A program made the translations under genes and the position numbers. DNA of 64,000 bases, taken from the IMG/VR virus record IMGVR_UViG_3300017971_000201, positions 1 to 64,000 of that record; one strand, 5' to 3'. The notes under the pieces are model-generated. The model worked only from the letters and a program-made list of their open reading frames with translations. It did no database searches and was not told where the DNA came from. The stretch is from a virus. Shown here one piece after another: positions 1-10,355 of this stretch; the stretch's first letter is position 1; every line of letters starts with the position of its first letter.

Positions 1-629
1 CGCAGTGGCTTGTGTTTCGGCTCGGAGCGGTTTCCCCATCGCCAGACGTTGCAGATCCTCTCGGCCGCCGCGCGCCCGTCTGAACTGCTTCGCACCAGGC
101 GCAGCTCGGGCACCAGCTGGGCGATCTCCTCGAGCATCGGCCGGATGTCCTCACCGAGCCGAGCACACGCGATCGAGACGTCCTCGCCCAGGACGAGGAA
201 CTGTAGCGCGGAGATAGCCCGCGTCCTCCTGCACGCGCGCGAGCCGGTCGCCTTCTCTCGCAGGTCTGCGCTGACCAGGTCGTTCGAACGGCGCAGGTTC
301 TCGCCCACGCCGAGCCACATGGACGCCCCCCAGAACTCGACGAAGCCGTCCTCGATCGCGTTGTGCACCAGCTTGAGCATCGGCCGATCGATCGCGTCGA
401 GCACCTTTGGATCGGATCGCGCGAGGTGGCACATCTCGTGATCGCAATCGGCGCGGAGATGCAGAAGCGCCGTGTCATCGACCTCCTCCGGCAGCGGACG
501 GACGTGCATCACGCGAGAGTGGAGATCGGCGTACGGGGTCTCGGCATCGTAGACGACCGTCACCCCTTCGCTCAGCAGCCCGGTGACGACAGACTGCTGC
601 GCGTCCATCAGCGCGCGGCGGTCTACCAC
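1..629 (-). CDS. CobT-like protein, N-terminal part (truncated by window edge)
   Basis: My own translation (not in the ORF track): MVDRRALMDAQQSVVTGLLSEGVTVVYD...DHEMCHL...VHNAIEDGFVE; HExxH plus NAIED motif; start overlaps the stop of the upstream AAA ATPase. Confidence 0.65.
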   Translation of the reverse strand, partial: MVDRRALMDAQQSVVTGLLSEGVTVVYDAETPYADLHSRVMHVRPLPEEVDDTALLHLRADCDHEMCHLARSDPKVLDAIDRPMLKLVHNAIEDGFVEFWGASMWLGVGENLRRSNDLVSADLREKATGSRACRRTRAISALQFLVLGEDVSIACARLGEDIRPMLEEIAQLVPELRLVRSSSDGRAAAERICNVWRWGNRSEPKHKPL

Positions 630-1825
630 TTCGTGCCGTAGATCCGGTTGAGCGTCTCGGGCATCTTGGCCGCGTCCTCGGGGATCGCTCGGTTGAGGAC
701 CGCGAACTCCCAGGCGCGCCTGGGCGTGTGACCGCGCGCGAGGTTGCGAGCCACCGCCAGCGTGCGCCGCAGTGTGCACGTGAACATGATCTCGTCGCCC
801 TCACGGAGCGAGGCCCGGAACGCGTTGGCCGCCGCCACGATCCGCTTCGCCTGGACCTCGCTGATCCCGGTCCGGCCGCAGAGGATGGTCACCTCGTCAT
901 CGGGCTCGGGGTAGGTCACCCGGATCGTGACCTCCCACCGGTCAAGGAACGCCTCGTCCTGGTGAGACCGGCCGTGGTAGAGCCCACGGTCGTCGCCGCG
1001 TCCCTCGGTGTTCTGCGTGCCGACGATCCGCAGCTCGGGATGACGCTGCACGATCGCGTCCTTCCCCTTGCGCACGATGTGCATCTCCTCGCCGTCGAGG
1101 AGGCGGTAGACCGAGTACATGGCCTCGGCCGGCGCGGCGTCCACTTCATCAAACAAGAGCCCGTCCCCGTGCTGACTGGCCAGCACCGGGTTAGTCGGCG
1201 AGAACTTGGTGGCCTGCTTGCCGTTCTCCACGATCAGATCGAAGTCGCCCTCCAGATCGTTCGCGTTGAGCCTGGGCGTACAGGAGACGACGCGGAGGAG
1301 CTGGCCGCGCTCCTTGAAGATCTCCTTCACCGCTCGGCTCTTGCCGGAGCCAGCCGGTCCGATCAAGAGCACGGTCGCCCCCTCGTCCACGAACGCCTTG
1401 AGATCGGCGTACCACGCGGGCTTGAGGTAGAAGTCCGGGTCAGCCTTGCCGTTCTTCTTCGGCAGCGCTGGCCGCGCCGGCCTCATCGCGAGCACCTTGT
1501 TCACCATCCCGTCCTGTCCGACGAAGAACGAGACACCACGGGAGGCGGCCTCCTTGACGAACGCCGGGTGCGCGATGATCTCGGCTCCAGATAGCGGCAG
1601 TCGCTCGGTGACCAACAACTTCTCCTCGAAGCCATCTCCTAGCCCGCTCGCCATGGTGACCAACTCGGAGGCAAGATCCGGCGCGATAACGGTTCGCGCA
1701 TTCCTGGCCAGCATGTTGTCCAGAGGACCGTTGGTGGGAGGCGGTTCTGGAGGAGGATCCAGCGGCGTGAGACCTCCCCGGCTCTTCAGCGCCCTGATCA
1801 CCTCTGAGGCTTTGGATCGCGACAT
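623..1825 (-). CDS. CobS/MoxR-family AAA+ ATPase
   Basis: Walker A GPAGSGKS, Walker B LLFDEVD, GTQNT, DEAFLDRW; start taken at MSRSKAS. Confidence 0.85.
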   Translation of the reverse strand: MSRSKASEVIRALKSRGGLTPLDPPPEPPPTNGPLDNMLARNARTVIAPDLASELVTMASGLGDGFEEKLLVTERLPLSGAEIIAHPAFVKEAASRGVSFFVGQDGMVNKVLAMRPARPALPKKNGKADPDFYLKPAWYADLKAFVDEGATVLLIGPAGSGKSRAVKEIFKERGQLLRVVSCTPRLNANDLEGDFDLIVENGKQATKFSPTNPVLASQHGDGLLFDEVDAAPAEAMYSVYRLLDGEEMHIVRKGKDAIVQRHPELRIVGTQNTEGRGDDRGLYHGRSHQDEAFLDRWEVTIRVTYPEPDDEVTILCGRTGISEVQAKRIVAAANAFRASLREGDEIMFTCTLRRTLAVARNLARGHTPRRAWEFAVLNRAIPEDAAKMPETLNRIYGTKW

Positions 1826-1835
1826 CTTGTCTCTC

Positions 1836-2936
1836 CTACCACTTGATCTCGCCCAGGATGATCTCCGCCGTCTCGAAGGCGTAGACGATCTCCTCGTCGG
1901 ACATGCTTCCCGGGTCAGAGAACTCCCTGTACTCCTCACCGGTCTCCTCGTCCTCCCAGACGCGCACCGGGCACCGCATCAGCTTTAGCATGAGCGCGTC
2001 GTCGAGCAGGTAGTGGATCTTCTCAGCCATCCGGCGCCCTGCCGAGTCGCCGTCCGCGAAGATGTAGACGACCGGCGGCCAGGCGCCGCGCACGATGCGC
2101 CGGTGGTCCGACGAGAAGCCCTCGCCCATGGTCGCGGCCACGTTGACGCCGCGATCGTGCAGGGCCATCCAGGTGCGCACCGCATCCAGCGGCCCCTCGA
2201 CCAGCACGACCGGTAGCTGCTTCACCTTCCAAGTGTGGACGCCATAGAGATAGCGGGTCTTGTTGAGGCCCAAGTAGTTGTGGTACTTGGTGACCTCGAT
2301 CCCACGGTTCGCGGCCCGGCACTGCGCCGCCGGCGTGATCCTGCCGGTCATGCCCACCAGCGCACCGTCGCTCCGCCGAACCGGGAAGACGAGCCGTCCC
2401 TGCTGCTCGTCGTAGCCAAGGTCCCAGACGGCGGCGGCCTCTGTGTCGACCCCTCGCTCGATCGCGTACCTCGGGATCCTCCTGGCGAACGGCGCGAACA
2501 CGGACTCCTCGAGCACGTCACGTTCGACCTCGCGCGGCGGCAGCGGCGTCGGATTGCGCTCCTCGCTCTGTTGGATCTCGAGCTGCTCCCTCATCCGCCG
2601 GGCACGCGCCTCCGGGTTGTCCTGCTCGGTCTTGGCGATCTCCTCCAGCAACGCGAGCAGGTGCTCGGGAGGGCTCGGTGACGAGAGGATCGCCTTCTGG
2701 AGCAGCCCGAAAAAGGTGCCGTTGTAGCCGCAGTTCCCGCTGAAGCACTTGGCGTAGCTCAAGCCGTCCGGGTCAACCGATACCGAGCAGCCCTTGTTGC
2801 GGTCGTCGGGATCGCCGTGCGTGATGGGAGCAAGTGGGCAGGCTATCGAGATGTTCGGACCGCGCTTGGTGTTGCGGACACGGCCGTGGCGCAGGCCAAG
2901 TGCGTGGCAGACGTTGGCGATACCATCAGCGTCCAC
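1836..2936 (-). CDS. DNA primase (Zn finger + TOPRIM)
   Basis: CPLAPITH...CFSGNC Zn-binding region; LVFPVR, VLVEGPLDA, FADGDSAG motifs. Confidence 0.85.
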   Translation of the reverse strand: MDADGIANVCHALGLRHGRVRNTKRGPNISIACPLAPITHGDPDDRNKGCSVSVDPDGLSYAKCFSGNCGYNGTFFGLLQKAILSSPSPPEHLLALLEEIAKTEQDNPEARARRMREQLEIQQSEERNPTPLPPREVERDVLEESVFAPFARRIPRYAIERGVDTEAAAVWDLGYDEQQGRLVFPVRRSDGALVGMTGRITPAAQCRAANRGIEVTKYHNYLGLNKTRYLYGVHTWKVKQLPVVLVEGPLDAVRTWMALHDRGVNVAATMGEGFSSDHRRIVRGAWPPVVYIFADGDSAGRRMAEKIHYLLDDALMLKLMRCPVRVWEDEETGEEYREFSDPGSMSDEEIVYAFETAEIILGEIKW

Positions 2937-5680
2937 TAGAAGGGAATCCCTCCCTCCTCTGGCGACGGCGGCGCCTCACCGCCGGGTCCAAGGGGCTCAT
3001 CGGTGTCAGCGCCCTCGTTATCTGCTTCGAGTGTTTCTGGCGCGGACGCCACTTGCGCCTCCGGCACCGAACCATCCGGCAGTCCGCTGACAATCGGCGT
3101 CGGCTCGGCATCTGGGTCAGGCGCAGCACCTACGCCGCCGCCCCCTTCCCCATTAGCACCAGCAGCCGACTTGTTGTCGTCCATGATCTTGATCTGGCTG
3201 AAGTCCATCGTGGCTAGGTTGAACGCGATCTGGATGTCCACACCACGGAACTCGCGCGACTCCATGGCCCGGAACACTCGCTTGCCGATGCGCTCGTGGT
3301 CCTCATCCATGAAGATCCCGCGCATCGCGTCGGCCCAGTCGCCGATCGCCTTCGCGTAGGCCGCATCGTCGGCGTCGGCCTCCAGCGCGTGCTTGGACTT
3401 GGTCCCACGGAACTGGGTAGTCGCCAGGACAGGCACGTTCATCTCGGAGCAGAGGTCGAGTTTGATCTCGGCGCAGTTCTGGATCGTGCGCTCCCACATT
3501 CCCATCCGGCGGTCACGGCCGAGGATATACATCCCGTCGATCGCGACGGCCTTGGGGTTCAACTCGGCGACCTTGTCGCAGATGTCGGACACATCGCGAA
3601 CGACATCGGCGCAGGCGATGTGGATGTCCTTCCGCGTCGGGTCGGGAGTCATGATCGACTTGACGTGGTCCTGGAGCCGGCGCTCCTCCTCGCTGGTGAG
3701 CTTCCCGGATCGGAACCCCTGGTAGTTCAGCAGCAGGTCGATCGCTGCCAGCCGGCGGTAGATCTGCTTCTTGGGCATCTCCATCGACACGACCAGGAGA
3801 CACTTGCCGGGCTTCAGGTCTTTCTTCGACCGTAGAATGTGCATGAACCAGACGAGCATCAGCCAGGTGTTGTGCGTGATGATGTCGCCGGCGAGGAAGC
3901 ACTCGGTTCCGGGCACGGCGATGTCGAGGCACGGGCGCGGCCCAATCTCCTCGATCTTCACGATCTCGTCCCACTGGATGTTCTCGTCCAGCACCCACAC
4001 CAGCGGCGAGTCGTAGACCTCGCAGAAGGCGGAGAACACGCGCCGGCGAATCCGCCCGCTCTTGCTGTCGAACACATGCCCCTTCTGGAACTTGAACCCG
4101 TAGCCCAGCTCCTCACCGACCTCCGGCAGCAGGTCGGGTCGGGCGTCCATCTCGGCGCAGATCTCGTCGCGCAGCTCCTCGTTGCGAATCCAGCCGATGC
4201 GCGAACGGCCCTGGAACTTGACCTGCTCCAGCGCCTCAGCCTTCGGTCCGACCAGCTGGACGTGCCGCTTGAACCGCTCGATCCGCTCACGGTGGACGAT
4301 GACCTCGTAGTAGTCGCGAGGCCCGTCCTCGGTCTCGCGCGGCATGGTGCGCAGGTGGCTGGTAACCCCAAAGCGCAGCAGAAGGTGCTGGATCTGCTCG
4401 GCCATCTTCTGCGAACCGGTCGAGTAGCTGACCTGCCCGCGCTTGCCCACGCAGCCGTCGCACGACCAGAGGCGCCCGATGAACAAGCCGAGCTGCGCGG
4501 TCGGGAGCGAGAAGATGCCAGGTGGAATCGTCTTGTCGATGTCCTTCTTACCGAGCAGGTTGTTGTTCCGCAGCAGCTCGACGATGCCGTTACGGCCGCC
4601 GTGCTCGGTCGTGACGTAGTAGTCACCATCTCCGCGCGGCGAGAGCTTGTGCCCGCTCCGCGCCAGCGTCTCCGACATCTCGGCGACGATCTCTGGCACC
4701 GAGCTGGTGAAGCTGGGCGTCGAGGGCTTCGTGCAACCGCCTTCGGCGATCATGTAGGCCAGAACGATCAGCGTCTCCGGTGCCGCCGGAGCCGCCTCTG
4801 TCGGCTCCGGGATGACGGCCGCCGCGCCAGTGTGCTGCCCGACCTCCAGCTCCACGGCCGGAACCCAGCCACGCGGCGCCAGGAACGGATGGTCCTTGGA
4901 CGTGTCGAGCGTGCGCCCGGAGCGCCAGGTCAGGCGCAGGCAGTCCTTGGTCCCGGAGTCCAGGTAGTCGGACGGCCGAGCCACCGCAATGGGACCGCGC
5001 TTCTCCCACGTCAGCACGAACGCGCGGTCTGCGACGACCTCGCGCAGCGTCGTCTCCATGCCGGTGCGCGGATCGTACATCGGCGTGTAGTCCGGGATGC
5101 TTTTCCCGACCTTGCGCTTGGCCAACAGAACCGTCAGCTCGCCGGGCTGGAGACCGAGGCTGTACTTGTCCACGTCCAGCCAGGGGGACGACAGCCCGAG
5201 CAGCTCGCCGGCGTTGTCGCGTGCCCTCTCGTAGTCGCCGAGAGTCTCTTGCGCTAGCGCCGGGTCGGCATACGACGCGACCTTGCCCAAGCTCCAGGCG
5301 GTCTCGCGAACCAGCTGAGACATCTTCTTCCTGGCCTCGAACGGGTCGGTCACGATCAGCGTGGCGATCTCCCCGAACGGATCCTTCATCGCGTTCTGGA
5401 GAGCGCGCCTCTGGATCTGGCCGGCGAAGACGTCAACGTCGAACGGCTCAATCGAAGAGTCCGGTACGATCAGCGAGACACCGGTCTTGGCCTTGATCTC
5501 GATCACGGTCGGCAGACGGCCGCTGCGGACGAACTGGCCCATGAACGCGAAGACCTTTTGGTCCTCGTCCAGTACGTGCTCCGGTTCGACACCGTGCTCG
5601 CGCGCACGAAAGTAGGCGGCGGTGTCGTTGGCCTGGAGAATGCCGTAGAGCATCGCTCGGTCGAGCGTGATCTCGTCCAT
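2936..5680 (-). CDS. dnaB: Replicative DnaB-like helicase with intein
   Basis: GLQPGELTVLLAKRKVGK|intein|TW, VSMEM, AIDGMY, PVLATTQ motifs. Confidence 0.9.
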   Translation of the reverse strand: MDEITLDRAMLYGILQANDTAAYFRAREHGVEPEHVLDEDQKVFAFMGQFVRSGRLPTVIEIKAKTGVSLIVPDSSIEPFDVDVFAGQIQRRALQNAMKDPFGEIATLIVTDPFEARKKMSQLVRETAWSLGKVASYADPALAQETLGDYERARDNAGELLGLSSPWLDVDKYSLGLQPGELTVLLAKRKVGKSIPDYTPMYDPRTGMETTLREVVADRAFVLTWEKRGPIAVARPSDYLDSGTKDCLRLTWRSGRTLDTSKDHPFLAPRGWVPAVELEVGQHTGAAAVIPEPTEAAPAAPETLIVLAYMIAEGGCTKPSTPSFTSSVPEIVAEMSETLARSGHKLSPRGDGDYYVTTEHGGRNGIVELLRNNNLLGKKDIDKTIPPGIFSLPTAQLGLFIGRLWSCDGCVGKRGQVSYSTGSQKMAEQIQHLLLRFGVTSHLRTMPRETEDGPRDYYEVIVHRERIERFKRHVQLVGPKAEALEQVKFQGRSRIGWIRNEELRDEICAEMDARPDLLPEVGEELGYGFKFQKGHVFDSKSGRIRRRVFSAFCEVYDSPLVWVLDENIQWDEIVKIEEIGPRPCLDIAVPGTECFLAGDIITHNTWLMLVWFMHILRSKKDLKPGKCLLVVSMEMPKKQIYRRLAAIDLLLNYQGFRSGKLTSEEERRLQDHVKSIMTPDPTRKDIHIACADVVRDVSDICDKVAELNPKAVAIDGMYILGRDRRMGMWERTIQNCAEIKLDLCSEMNVPVLATTQFRGTKSKHALEADADDAAYAKAIGDWADAMRGIFMDEDHERIGKRVFRAMESREFRGVDIQIAFNLATMDFSQIKIMDDNKSAAGANGEGGGGVGAAPDPDAEPTPIVSGLPDGSVPEAQVASAPETLEADNEGADTDEPLGPGGEAPPSPEEGGIPF
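3869..5101 (-). mobile_element. Intein with LAGLIDADG endonuclease in helicase P-loop
   Basis: Starts SIPDYTP after GK; TSKDHPFL block B; LAYMIAEG and GRLWSCDG motifs; ends IITHN followed by T. Confidence 0.9.
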
Positions 5681-6297
5681 CAGATCTCCACCTCTGGCCG
5701 CCAAGTGGGCTCAGACACCTCGATCGCCGTATAGTGACCTTTCATCAGCTTGGCCAGCGCCGGGACACGTACGATCAGCTCGGGCAACTCGAGATTTGCC
5801 GTGATCCAGGTGACCAGCTTCTCGTTCGACCGAGCACGCAAGATGTCTCGGAACGATCGGTCGTCCCAGAACGACGCCTTCTCACTCTCGCTCCCCAGGT
5901 CATCTATCACGACCAGCTGGGCCTGGCCGCGTAGAAGTGGAAGAATCGGCTCCCCGTCGTCAGTAGTCGGCCGGTCGATCGCGATCCTGGGAATATCGGA
6001 TGCGTCCACGAAGTAGCACCGGCACGCTCCGCGCGACATCGCCTCTTTGAGCAGTTGACCGGCGATGCAGGTCTTCCCGGTCCCGTGAGCACCATGCAGG
6101 ATCAGCCCGCGCCCGGCCGCCTCGTGCTTATGCAGGTTGACGACGTAGCGAAGGATGCGCTCCTTATACGGCGCCGAGTCCGGGATCAGCCGCAGCTCTG
6201 CCTCCCACGCTGTGAGCGGAACATTCGCCCGCTTCCTGGCGCCGGGCCAGTAGACGTTCTCGTACGGCTCGGCCTCCAGCGTGTCACGGAACGGCAT
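5680..6297 (-). CDS. DnaC/IstB-like helicase loader ATPase
   Basis: GLILHGAHGTGKT, LVVIDDLGSE, TWITANL. Confidence 0.85.
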   Translation of the reverse strand: MPFRDTLEAEPYENVYWPGARKRANVPLTAWEAELRLIPDSAPYKERILRYVVNLHKHEAAGRGLILHGAHGTGKTCIAGQLLKEAMSRGACRCYFVDASDIPRIAIDRPTTDDGEPILPLLRGQAQLVVIDDLGSESEKASFWDDRSFRDILRARSNEKLVTWITANLELPELIVRVPALAKLMKGHYTAIEVSEPTWRPEVEI

Positions 6298-7410
6298 CTA
6301 CTCGAACCTCGGGCTCAGCATGTAGCGGTTGAAGAACTCGTCGGTCGCCTCGCGAAACAGCACCGGCTCCTCCGGGCCTCCCACACCGAGGACGACGAAC
6401 TTCGCCGCCATGGCCTTGAGCGCTGGAATCATCAGACCAGGGTCGAGAGAGAGCGCGATGTCCTCCCAGGTCCAGGGGACCTCGAGCGCGGCTGTGATCT
6501 TCCCATCCACCCCGGACGCAGCGATCATCTCGAGCCGGTTCGTGGTCAACGTGAACTTGTAGCGCGTGAGCCCTACCACCTTGAGGAGCTTGCTCTGCTC
6601 GAGCATCTCGAGAAGCGGCTTGCGCTCGATGTCCATGCTCCTGGGTAGCTTCTCGGGGACGTGGTCCTCGTACTCCGGGAACTGGCCGGCCATCAGCCGA
6701 AACGACAGCTCGCCGCGCGGCCCGCGTAACCTCAGCTGGTTCACCACCAACTGGAACTCGACGACGTCTTCCTTCGCCGGAGCGATCCACTCGACGATCT
6801 TCGGCGGAACCGGCGGTAGGATCGCGCTCCGCTCGAGGCCGTCTGGGTTGCCCGCCTTGTGACGAACGACCGCGATCCCCATCCCATTCGTCGCGGCCAT
6901 CTCGATCTCGTCCTTGCGGATCTTCACGGATACGCCCGCGAGGGCTCGCGCGACGAAGTCCGACTGGACCGAAAACACCGCCCGTGACAGGAGCCCGGTC
7001 AGCGCCGACCCGGTTATCGTGACGGACGACGCCTTCTCCGAGAAGCGCGGGATGTTGGGCAGGTCTTCTGGCGGCTCGACCGGCAGGTTCACCAGGGTAT
7101 TGCCGAACCGGCAGACCGCCTTCTGGGTCTTGCCGTTCCAGGTGATGTCCAGGATGTCCTTCCCGGCCTCCCGGATCGTGCGCAGAAGGTTCACCGACGG
7201 CAGGAAGACCGCGCCGTCCTCGGTCTCGCACTCGTCGGAGAACTCCAGCCGGATCGTCTCGTTGAGGTTGGTCGCCGACAAGGTAACCACGCCGCGCTCG
7301 ACGTCGATGCGCGTGCACTCGAGCTGCGGACGCTTGTTGTTCTTCGGCACGATGCCGGCCGTCGCGTCCACGAACGGCTTGAGGTACGAAGCCTGCGTCT
7401 TGAGTCTCAC
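6298..7410 (-). CDS. dnaN: DNA polymerase III beta sliding clamp
   Basis: 370 aa; LSATNL, ATNG, RLMAGQFPEY, YMLSPR. Confidence 0.9.
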   Translation of the reverse strand: MRLKTQASYLKPFVDATAGIVPKNNKRPQLECTRIDVERGVVTLSATNLNETIRLEFSDECETEDGAVFLPSVNLLRTIREAGKDILDITWNGKTQKAVCRFGNTLVNLPVEPPEDLPNIPRFSEKASSVTITGSALTGLLSRAVFSVQSDFVARALAGVSVKIRKDEIEMAATNGMGIAVVRHKAGNPDGLERSAILPPVPPKIVEWIAPAKEDVVEFQLVVNQLRLRGPRGELSFRLMAGQFPEYEDHVPEKLPRSMDIERKPLLEMLEQSKLLKVVGLTRYKFTLTTNRLEMIAASGVDGKITAALEVPWTWEDIALSLDPGLMIPALKAMAAKFVVLGVGGPEEPVLFREATDEFFNRYMLSPRFE

Positions 7411-7490
7411 GAAGCTCGTTCTACCCGTCGCTCAGCTGGGGACGGGCTAGGAGACTCCGGTGCCACCACCATGAGGGCACCGGAGACGGT

Positions 7491-8675
7491 TCAGATCGGG
7501 ATGATCTCCTCTCCGCGCGCCACGGCAGCCTGCTGCGCCAGGGTGAGGCCGTTCTCGTCGATCGGGGCCGGCGGCAGCGGCACGACGAACTTGTCGTGGT
7601 AGGCCGATCGTGGGTACTTGCCCGTCACGTATCCGGTCTTGGTGTAGCCGGCGAGCTGCTCCGCGATCTTGTAGATCACCTCTGGAGTCGGAATCGGCTC
7701 GTCCTTCGTCTGCCACGCCTTCACGCTGCCCTGGAGCGCGCGCCAGTCCCAGATCGCGACGCGCATTACCCGCTCGAGCAGGCCGGGATCGGGAAACGCC
7801 TTCAGCAGGTTGAGCCCGGCCCCGGTCTTCTTGCCCGCGATCCCGGGGTCGATCGGCTCGAACTGGGAGTCGCGCTCCTGCATCAGCTCGTTCCACTTCA
7901 GGTAGACGTCGCGGCCGTCTTGTGGAGGCCAGACCATGGGATGGCCTCGACGCTTCGACTTCGGTGTCGCCGGCTCTGGCTCGGCCTTCTTGATGTCGGG
8001 GCGGCCATCGACCTCGCCCGGCGAGAGTCCAGCCTCCCGCTTCTTGGCGCGAGCGTTCTCCTTGGCCCTCTCGACGGAGTCATCAGGCAGCGGAGTCTTA
8101 ACTCCTTTGGTTTTCGTGTCCGATGTAACTCCTTTATTTACACCCCCAACCTCCGGCTTGGCCTCTTCCTCGGCCAAGGCCGGCTCTGCCGGCGGAAGCG
8201 CTCCCGAAGGGAGCGCCCCCTTCTCCGAAGGGGTTGTTCCTTTCTTCTGTTCCTTCTGGGGTGCCACATCTGGCCCCCCGGGGGGTGCCACATCTGGCAC
8301 CCCCTCCCCAGTGACAACTCTGTCATGCGGGGCCACTTCTGTCACCCCACGCTTGGTTCTGCGGAGCTGGAGGACGTACCTCGGGTAGGCGAACTGGCCC
8401 CCCGGCTGCTCGATCGAGCGGTCGATCCATCCGGCCTTCACCAGCCGGTTCAGCCTCCGCTTCAGCGTCCGCTTGCTGACCTTCAGCTCCTCGGCGAGTC
8501 GGGCGCGGTTCATCCAGACGCGGCCGTCCTTGCCCCCCCACAGCTGGAGCTTCCAGAAGATCCTTGCCTCGGTGTCGTTGACGTCATCGTCGAACGCTAT
8601 CGCGTTCGGCAGCCACGAGTTGGGCCACTTCTTGAGGCGCGCCTGGTAGGTGGCGGCGTCTGAGGGCTTGCTCAT
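7491..8675 (-). CDS. Phage replication initiator (N-terminal HTH)
   Basis: RARLAEELKVSKRTLKRRLNRLVKAGWI HTH, low-complexity linker with DNA repeats, upstream of clamp/loader/helicase. Confidence 0.7.
   Translation of the reverse strand: MSKPSDAATYQARLKKWPNSWLPNAIAFDDDVNDTEARIFWKLQLWGGKDGRVWMNRARLAEELKVSKRTLKRRLNRLVKAGWIDRSIEQPGGQFAYPRYVLQLRRTKRGVTEVAPHDRVVTGEGVPDVAPPGGPDVAPQKEQKKGTTPSEKGALPSGALPPAEPALAEEEAKPEVGGVNKGVTSDTKTKGVKTPLPDDSVERAKENARAKKREAGLSPGEVDGRPDIKKAEPEPATPKSKRRGHPMVWPPQDGRDVYLKWNELMQERDSQFEPIDPGIAGKKTGAGLNLLKAFPDPGLLERVMRVAIWDWRALQGSVKAWQTKDEPIPTPEVIYKIAEQLAGYTKTGYVTGKYPRSAYHDKFVVPLPPAPIDENGLTLAQQAAVARGEEIIPI
8261..8345. repeat. Four 16-bp imperfect palindromes (iteron-like, putative origin)
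   Basis: gtgccacatctggccc (8261), gtgccacatctggcac (8285), gtgacaactctgtcat (8311), gggccacttctgtcac (8330); AT-rich tract at about 8095-8140. Confidence 0.65.
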
Positions 8676-9181
8676 GCCCCTGCCTCCCCGCGCTCGTGCA
8701 GAATGAGGAGGGAGTAGCCGTTCTCGTCGTCGCCCTCGCGGACCAGCCACCCCGCCTCCTCGAGCGCGGCGATCCTCCGCTGGAGCGTGCGCTTGCTCAC
8801 GCCCCACATCTCGGCCAGTTCGCCGCGCGTCCTCGGGGGGTCGCCGACGATCGACTGGAGCAGGCAGTAAGCGACTACGTCGTTGTTACTTAGCTTCTCC
8901 GAGATCGCGTCGGCCAGCAGGCCCGCTGGCACGTGGGACCAGTCCCACTCGGGGAGCCGGATCGCGTACTCGGCGCTCTCGTCGTCATCGGCCACCGGGC
9001 ACCTCCTACTGGAGGTTCTACCGTCGTCCGGCCGATCGTCCTTGGTAGAACTGTGGCAGAGTCCTACAACATCAGCACTTGGCGTCTGATGCTCATCGTG
9101 GTACTCTGGAATAGGCACGGGGCCTCCGGGTCTTGTGCCGATCTCGGGGCGCGGCAGCTCCTCGGGTTGGTAGAGCGACAT
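8672..9181 (-). CDS. HTH DNA-binding protein
   Basis: TRGELAEMWGVSKRTLQRRIAALEEAGWL, similar to the HTH of the adjacent initiator. Confidence 0.7.
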   Translation of the reverse strand: MSLYQPEELPRPEIGTRPGGPVPIPEYHDEHQTPSADVVGLCHSSTKDDRPDDGRTSSRRCPVADDDESAEYAIRLPEWDWSHVPAGLLADAISEKLSNNDVVAYCLLQSIVGDPPRTRGELAEMWGVSKRTLQRRIAALEEAGWLVREGDDENGYSLLILHERGEAGA

Positions 9182-9352
9182 GCTAGGAGCCCGGTCGGCG
9201 GTCGGCCGGGCTTCGGCGCATCTATGGTAGCTCGCGGGTCCGTCACCCATCGAGCACGAAACCATATCTGCGATCGGCGCCACCATCGTGGTGGCACTCG
9301 CCTGGGAAACGTCAGACGCTACAGCTCTGTGCGTCCTATCAGGTTGCGGCTG

Positions 9353-10126
9353 CTACTCGTCCTGGTGCTGGACTTGTTCCTGGCGCTCGAGGTAGCGGTC
9401 GAACGCGGCCTCGGTCTTCTCCCGGACCTCGTCGTCGTCCCCGGGCCACTGCGCCTGGATCTGCTGCTGCGCCTGCTGCACGATCTTCTCGCGACGCTCG
9501 CGCAGCGATGTCAAGAGGGCGGCCTTGGTCGGCCCGCTTCTCATTCCAGAGTCGCCGGTGAACACCCGCGCCTCCTGGTAGTGGGACCTGGCCGCCTCGG
9601 AGACAGCCGTCTGCACGGCCATGACCTTCAGCGCGTCATGCAGCCTGGTGACGAGCACCCGCAGTGCGGTCAGCTCGGCGGCCCGCGCCTGGTCCATCTG
9701 CTGGATCCGCTCGTCGGCGCCCTTGAAGAGCTTGTCGAGCCGACCGACCAGCACGCCCAGCTGGTCCAGCTCCGCGACGGCCGCCTCGACCTCCTGGTTC
9801 GTCGCCTGCACCTGCCGGATGCCTTCCTCGGCCCGGTCGGTGAAGTAGTAGGTCGCGAGCGGTGTAGCGACGAGCAACGCGATCGGGATGAGGCCGCGCA
9901 TGATGATCCGATCGATCAGCGACGTGTGCGCCTTGTCGGCCTTCGTCTCTGAATCCCGCTCCTTCGCCTCCGCCTCCTTCAGCTTCGCCTGCGCGAGGAT
10001 CAGCTCGGCCTGCGCTCGGATGACGTCGGCGTTGGGCTCACCAACCGGCACAACCGGCATCTCACCCTTGTCCTTGTCTGGCTTGATGTTGACTGGCTGG
10101 TTCCCGTTTACGTCGGCATCGGACAT
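9353..10126 (-). CDS. Membrane-anchored coiled-coil protein
   Basis: One TM segment (IIMRGLIPIALLVATPLATYYF) between coiled coils. Confidence 0.6.
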   Translation of the reverse strand: MSDADVNGNQPVNIKPDKDKGEMPVVPVGEPNADVIRAQAELILAQAKLKEAEAKERDSETKADKAHTSLIDRIIMRGLIPIALLVATPLATYYFTDRAEEGIRQVQATNQEVEAAVAELDQLGVLVGRLDKLFKGADERIQQMDQARAAELTALRVLVTRLHDALKVMAVQTAVSEAARSHYQEARVFTGDSGMRSGPTKAALLTSLRERREKIVQQAQQQIQAQWPGDDDEVREKTEAAFDRYLERQEQVQHQDE

Positions 10127-10355
10127 GGTTTTCCTCGTCGTTTTTTGTCGAGATCCTGTATAACAGAAGTGTGAGCCGACTACGACCGTAGCCCCGCCAC
10201 CCACTACATCGTCGCGCGCGCCGACCTGCCGCGCGGCGTCCTCTGCGCCCAGGTCACGCACGCGGCCGGCGAGAGCGCAGATCCCCTTCCTCCCCGTGGT
10301 ACCCACGCCGTTGTTCTCGGCGTCCGCGACGAGGATGCGCTTCTCCGAGATCGAC

